This document shows positions 1 through 10,683 of a DNA stretch of 20,000 nucleotides, piece by piece; position 1 is the stretch's first letter, and the number at the start of each line of letters is the position of its first letter. A program made the position numbers and the translations under genes. The notes beneath the pieces were generated by a model. It was not told the origin of the DNA. It saw only the letters and a list, made by a program, of their open reading frames with translations, and ran no database searches. This stretch comes from Atractiella rhizophila (lineage: Eukaryota), in NCBI GenBank assembly GCA_021432655.1, contig MU271302.1, forward strand, positions 67,250 to 87,249, in the 5' to 3' direction.

Positions 1-104
1 TGTGTTGATAACATGAACAAGTGCCATCGAGTCTGGTTCTGGAGAACTATGGCGCAAAAGCTGGATGTTTGCTGTTCGGTCACCTTTTGAGCAAATAGAG
101 CAGC
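1..104 (-). pseudogene. 5' end of F-box/LRR paralogue 1 (runs off left edge), apparently disrupted
   Basis: The minus strand reads AALFAQK-V-TEQQTSSFC, then a 2-nt GC insertion, then HSSPEPDSMALVHVINT. This aligns to MTEEQTAGLCHGSQEPNSRALVHVITP (copy 2) and MMDQQTSSSHEDSQEPDSRALFHLMTP (copy 3). The ATG equivalent is GTG (81-83); an in-frame ATG (MALVHV) lies downstream. Confidence 0.75.
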
Positions 105-163
105 CTGGTTTCCATGTACGTCAGATCGGAAACTGAAAGCCAAAGGTGGAGATGGAATAGTGC

Positions 164-2150
164 CTGAATCGCAGCATCAGTAGACACCGTCCTCCTCTCT
201 CTTCTCTCTTGACGCGGTTGAAACTGGAGGACTGACGAAAAGTTGAACTGAGGTCCCAAACTGTGAGCGGCGAAACTGCCTGGATGAGCGGTTCGTAGGA
301 GGATGAGTGAAGATAGGGAGATCTATGGATTGTTTCGTTGGTTAGAATGGCTTTATTGATGTTGCGATCTCGGATCACAAGGAGGCTGTTTGATGTTTGG
401 GTCACCTTGGGCAAAGAATTAACTCTCTGTAAATCAATGAAGCGGATGAAGCAGTGGATGTGGGGAACGGAGCTTGAAACTACCACGCTGAAAGAGTCTG
501 CCGTTGTGAATATCAAGGTTTGGTAATCCTCCGTCCCCTTTCCCACGTTCCAAAGACCATTGCGTAGTTGACAATTTGTTCGAGGTGGTACGGATTATAA
601 CTATGAAAGCTACCACTGTTTCCTCGCGGATAGATGATCCACTTGTGGAGGACAACCGGAGAGACTCGAAGACGTCCGTAAATGAAGGAGAGAATGTCAG
701 TTTGAGAGAAGTGTGCGCGGAAATATTGGCGTGTGAAAAACTCACAAATGACAACCACCAAAGTGCACCTGTTTCACTCTTCCCTTTCTCCTCCTTCAGC
801 TTCCCTGTCAACCACTCTGCACCCGTTGCTACTGAACTATATTCCTCCATCACTTACGTCTTCCTCCCCTCTGTCATCCTCCCTCATTCAGGTCCGAACT
901 CGTTTGCCTTATATGTGGAGACTGAGATTCCCGTTCCCTTTCCTGCTTCCCACCCTGAAACCCGTTGAGCAAGGATTCTGAGGAATTGCACTTGCTGCCA
1001 TCTCAGAGGGGTGATCGTTCGTTGAAGGAGGAAGGAAGTGGTTCAATCGAGGGGCTTCAAACTCATCTTCTTCCTCGCATCGATCCAATGTAGTCGTTCA
1101 AATGGAAACATGCTTCTCGCTTCGAGGACTGGGAGTATAGAACTATCAGCGAATATCCTGGGATTCTTGTGAAAAGCGAAGGAGAACGGACTCTTTGACT
1201 CTGTCCCTGAACGGTTTCAGGCCATGGACGATGTCGGAAGGGTTGCAGGCTGATGGGAAGGGGTCGGCATGATTTGTTTATGGGCGGTCTTGGGATCGAT
1301 GACAGTGAATGGAGAAGTAGTCGGAGTGAGGAGCTAGCAGAGTCGTCAAAAGCTGTCCCAGTACAAGCAACGTCAGTCTCCGAATCATCTAGTAACAGAA
1401 CATCAAGAATGCAAGAATGCAGACCTGAACAGGAATACCACAATCCCACGAAAGATGCCGTTCCGACAAACGGCTAACAAAGCCAGTTGGCGTTGAAGAA
1501 GGCGAAGTTCCATCGCGCAGTGATAGTGAGGGGGGGGCATTACAAGGTACTAAACTTCGCGTGGTAGGCAAGTCCTTCATTCAAATGAGATTGTCGGAGA
1601 ATCGAGCTGTTTCGTGTGTTGATATTCGTCGATATGCAAGAATTTTTGGAGCTTGATGGGCAGGGGGAAGCATAAGGTGTGCTAATGACTAGTTTCTCGA
1701 GCCTCTGAGTCTAGCCATCATCGTCCATCCCCCTTCGTGTTAGGAGAGGAAGGCATACCAACTATGGTTGGGTCGTTTGATACCCTCGCTTTACCACAGA
1801 TGTGAATATTCTGTGGGCTGCCAGCACTGCTGACAAGAACGCGCGAGTTATCCCAGTCCCAAGTTGGACAGCGTGGCGGAGCCTCGACGATGTCCCACTC
1901 TTTGCTTGCTGCTCCATCACATCACAAGGAATTAGCGCAGTGGACAGTGAATAATGCGAAAGTAGGGAAGACGGACAACATGGTCACCCTCGCCAGTCCT
2001 TCCATTCCACAAGAAGCCCTCACTCATATGCTGACTCCCAAGTCGCAGTCTTTCCTCCTCGACACCCTTCTTCAATCCTTGCGCATACTCTTCAGCACTC
2101 CAGCTCCGCGTCTGCTCCCGTTTTCCATCCATCCTCCTCCTCTCCCAACA
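164..2150 (-). pseudogene. Decayed orphan coding-like block U, copy 1
   Basis: Peptide fragments are shared with other copies across frameshifts: ERGKGDGGLPNLDIH vs GEGKGGVSNHDIH, LHKWIIYPRGN vs FHKQPIYPRGN, and SETDVAC in both. No long open frame and no recognisable domain. Confidence 0.45.
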
Positions 2151-2154
2151 AGAG

Positions 2155-3115
2155 GTTAGAGAATGAAGAAATGTGCCCTTTCCTGAATATTCCAAGTGGT
2201 TCCAGCGAGTCGGCGGGGGAAATGGGTGATGAATGGCGCAGGCGAATGATTGGTCACTCGACGCATTCCCGCAACGTTGGCGAAGCGAAACGAGGGGGGA
2301 GCAGAGGGAGGGACAGGATTTGCGACGTACAGGACGGTTGAGAGAAGGTAAGTCGTTCATCCGAATATCCTCCAGAGAGCCCGTAGAATGGTTACTTGAT
2401 GTCATGCAGGAGGAAAGCAGACAAACAGTAGGTAGGTGGTGGACGCGTTCTCAACCCTTTTCCACCGCTTTGTCCTCGCCTCTTCCTCCTCAGGATATGT
2501 ATACGCCGTGAAACAAAACCTCCTCGAACGCTTCCTACGCTTTCTCCAGCACCAAACCGACCTCGACCCACTCAACACCTTCTCCTTCCTCCTTGTCCTC
2601 CTCTGCTGCCTTCTTAATCAATCCGTCTGGAGACTATTCCGGTCATTTTATCGGTCCGGCCACAACGGGAGGAGGAAAGAGAGAGATGGGGATGACGCGT
2701 ATTCACTGTGGGCGCCATGAGTGCGTCTACTTCGAACGCGTGTTGGGAGGCTCTGCGGTAAGTTGGGTAGTGGTCCGTCAAACCGAAAGCGAAGGCAGGA
2801 GCAGAGACGAGGAGCGGACGTGGAGAAAAACGTGTGTGTGGACGGTTGTGGCTTGGGGAGGTGTCGAAGAGTGCTTGTGCGGGATGGGGGCTTTGGGATC
2901 GGGAGGGAGGGGATGCCAGTGAGGAGCTTTGGGTTGGGGAAGGAGAGGGATGGCTGTCGTGGAACAGGCAGCAATTGGGCCAGTCAAGGTGGCGCGTCAC
3001 GGCGTTCAGTGGATGGTGGGCTGCGACTAGCAGCAGCCGGGCAAGGTTAGAATCAAGGAACGGGCTGGGTGCTGAGGTTGAGGAAGAGTAATGCGTCGCA
3101 TAGCTGACTGGCACA
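2155..3115 (-). pseudogene. Decayed orphan coding-like block B, copy 1
   Basis: Homologous to ~9600-10620 and ~17500-18560: GSLEDIRM / GSLKDIRM, SGKGTFLHSL / SGKGTLPHFL, RFCFTAY..EEE / RICFK..REED / ICFMVYAFSEEE. Many stops and frameshifts; the strand is inferred. Confidence 0.45.
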
Positions 3116-3125
3116 ATTGCGCTCC

Positions 3126-3215
3126 AACGTGAACGACGTCATCGATCGCTGCTCCGCACTCCGCAAAGTTAGCCGCTGCATTCCTCCTCCCCCGATCATC
3201 GACTTCCAAGCTTCG
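3126..3215 (+). pseudogene. Truncated stub homologous to the 5' start of the Hsp104-like pseudogene block
   Basis: gtgaacgacgtcatcgat...aagttagccgctgcattc matches 10684 ttgaatgacgtagttgat...aagttagccgctccattc and 18604 ttgagtgacgtaatcgat...aagttagtcgctccattc. Similarity is lost after ~3215. Confidence 0.45.
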
Positions 3216-3459
3216 TGGACATTGTGTGGATGACAAGCTGACTAATGCAGGAGAAGTAATCAGGAGTGGACAAGTATGGCTACCTTTTGAAGATTGTGCG
3301 CGTGCTGCTCCAAGTTACCCTGTAAGTCTTCTGCTCTCTTATCGGTTTTGACAGCAGATTGGTGATGAAGGGGAAAGTAAAGAGCTCAAGCAGCCCGTGT
3401 TGACATTTTATAGGGATGGGAATCCGTGTACATGCTCCTATTGCTCGACGAAAGGATGC

Positions 3460-3950
3460 CGAAGGTCACCGTCCTTTCCTCCCCACTTTACTCATACAAA
3501 GGCTGACACCACAATGCAGCCGCTCGCATGAAGCGTACACATCCCGACACACACGCAAAACCCTCAGTCGCGTCTCCCACTAAGAAATCCAAAGCATTCG
3601 ATTCCGCATAACCCGGCACCAAGATAACGATCCGAAGCTGAATACCTTTACTCTCTCCCTGCTTGCTGATGCCGAGAAGGTAGAGAAGCTCAAGCAGAGT
3701 CTCGCTCCTAGTACGTCGTCTCTTTGGGTTTATGGTGCTGGTATGAGTGTTATTGGCCAAGGTCTGATGGCGGAGGTTATTGATAAGACCACCAAGAAGA
3801 AGAAGTGATGAGCTCGTTAGCCGGGATTTCGTCTGTATGCAATTATGTGCGTCGATTCCATAATAGTCTTTATGCCGAAGTCCTACCACAGAAGACGTGG
3901 GTATGGTCCGTTTTAATCTGCATATCCAGGCAGAAGTCATGAAACTTTAG
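3460..3950. repeat. Orphan block C, copy 1 (probable decayed gene fragment, strand unresolved)
   Basis: tcctttcctcccc..tactcatacaaaggctgac..gaaatccaaagc..gagaagctcaag matches 11950-12175, and 3830-3945 matches 12190-12298. The + frame gives PFLPTLLIQRLTPQ..EIQS.RF..LLADAEKVEKLKQSL; the - frame gives ESNALDF..AALWCQPLYE. Confidence 0.7.
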
Positions 3951-3989
3951 TATCTCAAGTCAGCAATAAAAACCGCCAGTCATTGAACC

Positions 3990-4720
3990 GACTTACAGAG
4001 GATGGACCTGACCATTGTAACGATGTTGATTTGTGCGGTTCAAATGGGTGCATCTTCAAATCTTGCCTTTTAGTTCAATATCTAACTAGAGTTCAATATC
4101 TAACTAGACTACTTTACAGCCCGTCCACGTCATTGGTCGATTCAAACGAGCTCCTTAATCTGCTCCATTCCTTATTGATGAGCCACTCCTGGATGGCGCA
4201 ACAGCAATAATGCCATGCGACTCCAGAGCACATCGAGTCGAGGTCCTCATTCTCCTTCAGACATAGATGTGGATGAAGATAGAGGCTGTGGAATGGACAT
4301 TGAAGAAGCAAACGATCGAACGGAAGCTTTGGGGATTGTATGTGAAACGGCTCTCGTTCTCATTTTCGTCCGTAAATCGGTCCAACAGTTGTCTCAAATG
4401 CACCAAGATACTTGCAACTTGTATTCTGCTATTCAAGGTGCAGAGGACTTCATTCGCATTATAGGTGTGCAAATATGCAAGGTGGATATGAACTTTCACA
4501 CTTTGTTCCTCGCCTCCTAATCTTGCCACCTTCCCGTCTGTCAATTCCGGGACTCGGCTTCGCAATGATCATACAAAGTCATTTTTATTCACGGTTGCTG
4601 TCAAAAGAACATTTACTCAACAAATCTAATCTTGTTTGAACATGAGAGTAACGGACTTGATGTCTCAGCGCAAGTGGCATTGTCCTACCTCTCAATCTAA
4701 GCGTTGGACCTGGCTAGCAA
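3990..4720 (+). mobile_element. Possible highly degenerate hAT-superfamily transposase relic
   Basis: Across frames, motifs appear in hAT order: ELLNL (cf. CxxHxLNL), an acidic linker DIDVDED, LVLIFVRKSVQQ (cf. LxxxIRxSPQR), ARWI*T (cf. TRWNST), RLLIL, and VTDLMSQRK..PT (cf. ATxxxSxxxxPT). All are weak matches; no TIRs seen. Confidence 0.35.
4072..4107. repeat. Perfect 18-bp tandem duplication
   Basis: agttcaatatctaactag occurs twice in tandem. Confidence 0.95.
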
Positions 4721-4863
4721 AACAAGTGGTTGAGTCCCCCTGGCAAATTCTGTGTGTTCGCAGGTATGTCCTGCCGCCGTGGGGTGATGAGAGCGATGCG
4801 AGAGTCGGGAGTCTGATCCAGTAGTTTCAGAGGTGTAGCCTGGGTCGGATTGTGCCTTCTACA

Positions 4864-6538
4864 CTACTCCTTGCCCTCCCCAGGCTCCCAAATACCTGAC
4901 GTCTTACCCCAAATATTTGACAGCTTGCTCATTGGATACTTTCCCATCGTACTCCTCACAATCACAATCTCCACCTCGCTCCACTCTCCAAAGAATAAAC
5001 GAACCTCAAGATGTTTCCCTATCCCCGCTCCATAAACTCGTAACCCCTTTTCAATCCCCCTCACCTGCCAATCCCCAAAGAACCAGTGGATGAAGTCTGG
5101 GCAGTCGGACGAGTCCACCACACAGTACTTGACTGTTATCTTCTCGATCGCCTTTGCATTTTTGAGGGTTTTGAAGAACTCGTGGGAAACGAGGTTTGAC
5201 GTTTCTTCGCCGCCGTCGAGGATCAGCACGGTGAGGCGTGTGAGGTGTGATACGTCAAACGGAGTGGGTAGGACGGAGGTCTTTCCGTCAGCAGAGAAGG
5301 GGGCAAGCACAATCTCGAGATGTTTCAGAAGAGGCGGCAGAGGGTAGTTGGAGATGGACGAAGGGAGGGGACACATATTCCAGAGTTCGAGGTGCTCGAG
5401 GGTGTATGGGAGGGGAGAGCGATGGCAGAGGCGGGCACTTTCCCAGTTTTAGGTATTCGAGGCGAGAAGATAAGTGAAGACCTGCTGAGGCTGAAGTGGG
5501 AGAATCCTCCACGTCATGAGCCTCGAGCCGTCTGATCCTGTCACCCATCCTCCGCATAAAGTTCTCGATCTCCTCCTTCCTCCACTTTCTCCAACCCCAC
5601 CGTGCAAACGTGACGTCATCCACCCGTTTCAAGCCTTCGATCGCATTCAACACAATCTTCACCTCCTCTTCATTCCAAAATGCGTCCACCTCCACTTTCG
5701 TGACATTCGGTGAGCCTGCAATGACCTCCTTCACCATCCCGATATCCATACTTCCGTCCAACATCAGTCTCTCCCATAGACGTCCACTACCCGGATAGCG
5801 TCTCAACCGCTCATACTTTTCAGCCAAACCAGGTTCCTTCAAATAAGGAACTGAAACATCGCTCCAGAGCTGGCACACTTTAGAGAGGATGGAAGCGTCC
5901 GAGTGGTAGAAACTGAATATGAGAGAGAGGAGCTCGATAGGTAAGCGTGAGATGGTGCAGGGAATAACATTTGGAGGTGGGACAGAGAGTTGGAAGATGA
6001 TAGCTGTCCCTAGGGATGGGACGGTTGACGATTCGTCGTCACCGATGGGGATGAAGCAGTGTTTATGTTTGGAGTATGAGGCAATAGGGGCAAATATGGC
6101 ATTCTCGCGAAAGAAAGGAAATGTGTGAGTATATAGATCGCCATCTGATGCAAGCGAGTCGACATCTGATTCGGCATCTTCTTCGACAGTCGGCGCATGC
6201 CCTTCAACATCCAAAAATGTCACTGACACACTTTTCCTGTTGACGATAATGTGAAGATTAATTGCACCGTCCTTGTAGACCGCATTCTCTACCCGTTCAA
6301 GTGATAAATGAGACAATTTTGATGACATCTCTACAAGGTCCCGCCTCCCCAATGATGGCGATAAGGCAAACGAAATCCGGAGCGTGTGAATTGACGGAGG
6401 TAGGCAAGATAGGAAAGAGGGGAGAATGGAGAGGTGAATCCAATCGGGCACATAACTAGGGGTGATGACATGGACAAGTGCTCTCGAGTTTGGTTCTTGA
6501 GAGCCATGGCAAAGGCCAGCTGTTTGCTCCTCCGTCAT
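4864..6538 (-). pseudogene. F-box/LRR(RNI-like) protein paralogue 2 with a single +1 frameshift (pseudogene or homopolymer sequencing error)
   Basis: F-box motif ISRLPIELLSLIFSFYHSDASILSKVCQLWSDVSVPYL at ~5840-5953. ORFs 5288-6538 and 4864-5376 join into ~557 aa, collinear with copy 3, if one G is removed from the G4 run at 5412-5415 (restoring PSLSLPYTLEHLELWNMCPLPSS). Confidence 0.85.
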
Positions 6539-6559
6539 TCTTCGAGAAGAGGCAGCAAA

Positions 6560-6618
6560 CTAGAACCCATAACCCATGTTAGATGAGAAGAAAGCCGAAG
6601 TTGGAGATGAAATCATGC
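6560..6618 (-). other. Putative intron upstream of F-box paralogue 2 (GC donor)
   Basis: CAG|gcatga...catctaac...ttctag|TTT. Phase 0, joining RRRLTPADDTIQ to FAASSRRMTEEQ. Homologous to 105-163 and 14597-14660; the GC donor is a weak match. Confidence 0.4.
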
Positions 6619-6900
6619 CTGGATGGTGTCATCAGCAGGGGTCAACCTCCTCCTTACCTCCTCCTCATCTTGACGGGATCGAAACTGTGACGAAGCTTGA
6701 CGAGAATGAGCCGAGGTCCAAACTGTGAGCTGTGAGACTGCTTTGACGAATAGTTTGTGGGATAATCAAGGTGAAAGGCAAGATCGATGTATCGTTTTGG
6801 AGTTGGGGGATTGAAGGACGTTGCCTGCTTTAATATGTGATGTGGAGAACTCGGACTTCAGCAGGACGACCGTCTGGTTCGTGTTGGGCATGGAGAAACG
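6619..6900 (-). pseudogene. Block U, copy 2 (truncated, proximal part only)
   Basis: ccaaactgtgagctgtgagact (6718) matches 14806-14828 and 256-277. KSEFSTSH matches TSEFSESY in copy 3. Similarity ends ~6900. Confidence 0.6.
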
Positions 6901-7381
6901 ACCTTCTTTGATTAATGAACAAGCGATCCAAGCAGAGCAAGCGGACTTACCTAGATTGGTCAAGTTGTTTAATGGGTGGATGGGCAGGTCCGTACCTAGA
7001 TCCCGTGGTTCAATACTCTTGGCTTCCTACACACGACCATAGCAAGTCGAGCTACTTCACGAATTGTCCTGAGGAAGAGAAGTACTGATTGAAGCCGCTT
7101 TCGGTGCGTCGCGGAGAGAATAGGTGGTGGGCTGGCGGAGGACAGGGAGGGAAGAGCCAGTTGATCCCTCGATGTACGAGTGTTCGGGAGAATGTTCAGA
7201 TGACATGTTGGCCCTGATCAGGCCTGAATGGAGGGAGCTCCAGGAGCTACTACACAGGTAAATTGCATATTGATTGATGTGTTGCTGTCAATGATCTGAA
7301 GAGCCAAATAATCGAAACACATGGTAGCGGCCGCAACTCCGTCCACAAACAACTTGGCCAGGTTTGACCTGAGCGAAATAG

Positions 7382-8455
7382 GAAGCTGGGACATCTTATC
7401 GTGGCAGAGACAGAGATGGAGACTGGGGAGAGTGGAAAAAGGATCACCGTGAAAGCGAAGGTAGGGGAAGGAGGAGGTGCGTAGAACGTGAGAAGGACGG
7501 AGAGATCAGAACGGACCTGGAGCGTACGTCATTCCATACAGATTGAGAACGGTAGTTCATGCGTATTAGGGTCGCGTGAACGTCACAGCCACAGGGAGCG
7601 AGAGGGAAGAAGACGCTCACGTTCTCGTTCCAGGGAGAGGCGGACAGAGAAGAGGAGGGAGATGTCCCGCTCCCACTCGAGGGACAGAGATAGGAAGAGG
7701 AAACGTTCCCGATCTCCAGGTCTGTCTTTCCTCATCTCTCTTCGACGTGCCCTCGCATTAAACCAAACGGGAACGGGCAGAAAGGCGCTCACGCTCTTCC
7801 TCACTCTCTTCCACCCCACATCGTCGACTAAAGAAAGAGAAGAAGGGAAAGCGGCGGGATGAAACTTCTGCGGAGCGTGCGGCGAGGAAGGAAAGGAAGA
7901 GGGAGAAGAAGGCTCGGAAGGAGGAGAAGCGGAAGAAGAAGGAAGGAGGAGGGGGGTGGGGGAGTGGAGTGGGGAAAGTATGGCATTATTTCTGAATCTG
8001 GTTCGTTTTTCTCCATTCATTCCTACCTTCTCCTAGCCCGTCAATGTTGGGTGGTGAGAATTGATGGACATTATGGGTGGAACAGACATTTTCGAGAAGG
8101 AAGCAGAATTCAGGCTCTGGTTGGTCGAGGAACACTTCATCAACCCCGAGACACTCCCGAAGGCGAAAGAGAAAGAGCTCTTCCGCACCTTCGTCGAAGA
8201 CTTCAACACCGCCACCCTCCCCCACTCCAAGTACTACTCTCTCGCCTCTCACTCTGCCCAACTCTCCGCTCTCCGAACGCGGAGACGTACGATCCGAGGG
8301 CGGACGAGGAGGCGTTGAGGAAGAGTTTTAGGAGGGAGAGGAAGGAGGAGGATAGGTTTAGGAGTCGGGAGGAGTTGGAACAGAGAGCGGAGAGAAGGAA
8401 GATGGACGCGCTGAGGATAGAGGTTAATGCTATCATGGCCGTGAGATACGATACC
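7382..8455 (+). pseudogene. Frameshifted copy of a conserved eukaryotic RS/K-rich protein with WGKYGII...EDFNTATLPH.KYY signature
   Basis: GT-AG introns 7524-7569, 7720-7780 and 8001-8085 give in-frame RS-rich exons, then VEWGKYGIISES|DIFEKEAEFRLWLVEEHFINPETLPKAKEKELFRTFVEDFNTATLPHSKYY, then YDPRADEE..KMDAL..MAVRYD. The motif is recognised from an uncharacterised plant/fungal putative nucleic-acid-binding family (recalled, not searched). Frameshifts are needed at the G-run ~7951-7962 and at ~8275-8282. Confidence 0.75.
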
Positions 8456-9049
8456 AATGACACTGTGGTCAGTTTCGTCCTCTTCCGCTCGCTTAACGGT
8501 TTCCTTCCCGTCTCGGTTCAACTGTCTCCATCTGGTCTATCGTTCATCTCTCCTCCGGAAATGAGCGTCCATTCTTCGGGAACAACGTCACAGAAGCGCG
8601 TGGAGATGAAGGCGGTGTTAAGCGTTTGACAGGACGTGTGGGAGCAAGATGCCTGAGGACTGCTTTGTGCTTCCCAACCAGTATGGTTAAATCGACTTCC
8701 TGCACATTGGGGGAAGCTGGGTCCTGTCAATAGTGAATGTGTAGCTTATTCGGACATTTACCAGAAGCGGCGTGAATAACCAGTCGCATTGGCGAAGTTG
8801 GAGTGGTTACGACGGCTCACGGAGGGTTATTAATCCAGGTTTGTCTTCCCTCTCCCGACCACTTTAGCACTTCGGTTTATCCATCTATGCATCCCTTTCT
8901 TATTGTTTGCAAGCTTTTCTGTCATTCCTGCTCTTGTGCCATTCAGATTTTTCATGGCATCTTTTGGAAGTTCGTCCCAATATCCAGTCCATGATAACTG
9001 ACCATGCATTAAACAGACGCTACAGCGACCTTGCTCGCAGAATCTTCGA

Positions 9050-9500
9050 TGTCATGACATGTGTGCTAATGGCTGACATGTGGTGCAAGAGACAAATAGG
9101 AAGAGAGGTTCAAGAGCATGAGATCGAAGGAACGACCAGATTCCGTTCGTCGAAGTAAGTTGGACAGTAGACGTGAGGCTGCAAGAGGCAGAGAAGACGT
9201 TGGTTTCGAAAGGAGGCGACACAACCATGTCGCGAGGGAGTGTATAGAGGTGAGTTTTCATAAGTGCGCACAATCTCACTCTTGACTTTCCGTCTGACCA
9301 GCCTTTTCGCAGCTGTCAGCACAATGTTTCGTTCAAAATATGGCCCCCAACCTGCTCGCTTGCAAGCGGGGTATGTGGAGATCGGATGAAGGATGTTGCT
9401 GCTACACAAGGTGAAATCAAAATAATGCTTGTTCTGTTCGAAAGGCAGGCATCCATACCCGCAGCCATAAATCACGACTCGATACTCCATCCCTCACAGA
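9050..9500 (-). pseudogene. Additional, more diverged fragment of block U
   Basis: IYGCGYGCLPFEQNKHYFDFTLCSSNILHPISTY (ORF 9110-9490) aligns to IHDCNCIPFNQDRHCFDFNLSRCNFCSPLPSL (ORF 14990-15187). KSEIVRTYENSPL matches TSEFSESYQGTLL. Confidence 0.6.
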
Positions 9501-9599
9501 CCGCCGCTCAATCATTATCACATCAGATCACCCTCGCTGGGGATCCTCGTTTAGCAAGATGCGGCACCGACTCTCTCTCACGCTACCTATCAGCTCGTC

Positions 9600-10620
9600 T
9601 CCTTCCCCTCTAGACCCTTCTTCAATCCTTCCTCATCCTCTCCTCCCCCTTCCCCAACATCTCTTCTCCGTTTCCACGTGTACTCTCCCACATTCCATTC
9701 ATTCTCCTCCCCCTGGTGCATTCCAGAATCCTACCAATGACCACCCACTCCTAAAAAAGACATGAGAAAGTCAGGAAGCGTGTCCCTCACCGAATATCCC
9801 ACATTGTTCCTGCCAGCAGGCGAGGATAGTCCGCGAGTGATTGTCGAAGCGGAAAGATGGACGCTCGACGCATTCCTCGCTACTTTGTCGAAGTAGAAGG
9901 GGGAGCTAGCAGATAGGGAGGGACGGGATTTGGCGGACAGGATGGTTGAGAGAAGGGAGGTCATCATGCGAATGTCCTTCAGAGAACCCCGTTGAACGGT
10001 TATGTGATGCGGGCAGGCGAACGAGAGACGGTGCGTGGTGAGAGGTTTTCCACGCCTCTCCACCTTTGCTCTCTCTCCGGTCCTCATCCTTATCCTCCTC
10101 ACGACGCGCACATAGCTTGAAACAGATCCTCTACCTCTGGTCACGAAACTCATTGCGACCGACCCATTTCCCTCCTCGTCCTTCCTTATCTTCCCTCTGC
10201 GGCATCCTCCGACGAGCTTTCCGCTGACTGCTCCAGCCGCTCTATCTAACGGATATTGAATAAAGCGAAGGAGGAAGGAGTGGAACGACGGGGAGGATAC
10301 GGCATTTGCTCTTGTGCCACGCGAGTCGATATTCCGAAGGGGTCTTAAATGGCCCTGCGGTATATCGGCGGTGGTGCGTCAAAGAAAGCGAAAGTGCAGG
10401 CGACAACGACAGCGAAGTGAAAGAATGGGCGGAGATGAATTTGAGTGCGGTATAGGGAGAGGTAATAGCTTAGTGAGGAGTAGGAGAGCAGTTTGTGCTT
10501 GCGCGGGGGGGAGTGGTTTGGGATCCCGCGCCGGAGGTGACAGGGGAGAAGAGGAGCCATGCGTCGTGCAGGGAATGAAGGGAATGGCTGCAGTGGAACA
10601 GGTTGCGGTCAGGACGGTCG
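9600..10620 (-). pseudogene. Block B, copy 2
   Basis: 9915 agggagggacgggatttggcggacaggatggttgagagaagg matches 2305 agggagggacaggatttgcgacgtacaggacggttgagagaagg and 17773-17806. Confidence 0.5.
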
Positions 10621-10683
10621 ACGAGGCTTACTCGGATTCCACCGATTCCACCGTTTAGCGGTCCTTGATCATGGCCCGCAAGT

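Larger units (their letters stand above)
1..3215. repeat. Composite repeat unit, copy 1 (partial): F-box 5' end, U, B, Hsp104 stub
   Basis: Collinear nucleotide similarity to 14490-18700. Examples: 701 tttgagagaagtgtgcgcggaaatatt vs 15323 tttgagagaaatgtgcatgcaagatatt; 1363 acaagcaacgtcagtctccgaa vs 16801 acaggcaacatcagtctccgaa; 1803 tgaatattctgtgggctgccagcactgctga vs 17250 tgaatattctgtgggcagccaccactgctga. Confidence 0.9.

Noticed and set aside
121..546. MGKG..YQT ORFs (121-546 and 14827-15150) as a small gene family
   Set aside because: Their similarity just reflects duplicated DNA. The starts are GTG, frames shift between copies, and a different frame matches the 9110-9490 copy better.
5090..6459. 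Plus-strand ORFs overlapping the F-box genes (also 12799-14423)
   Set aside because: These are antisense shadows of the F-box coding sequence with no independent coding signal.
7059..7206. Short minus-strand ORF MSSEHSPEHSYIEG... followed by donor-like sites
   Set aside because: Only about 49 codons, with no homologue in the window and no recognisable motif.
7859..8629. 256-aa ORF as a real protein
   Set aside because: It is a chimera: it reads through an intron (8001-8085) and only WGKYGIISES and the YDPRADEE..AVRYD part are in the family frame.
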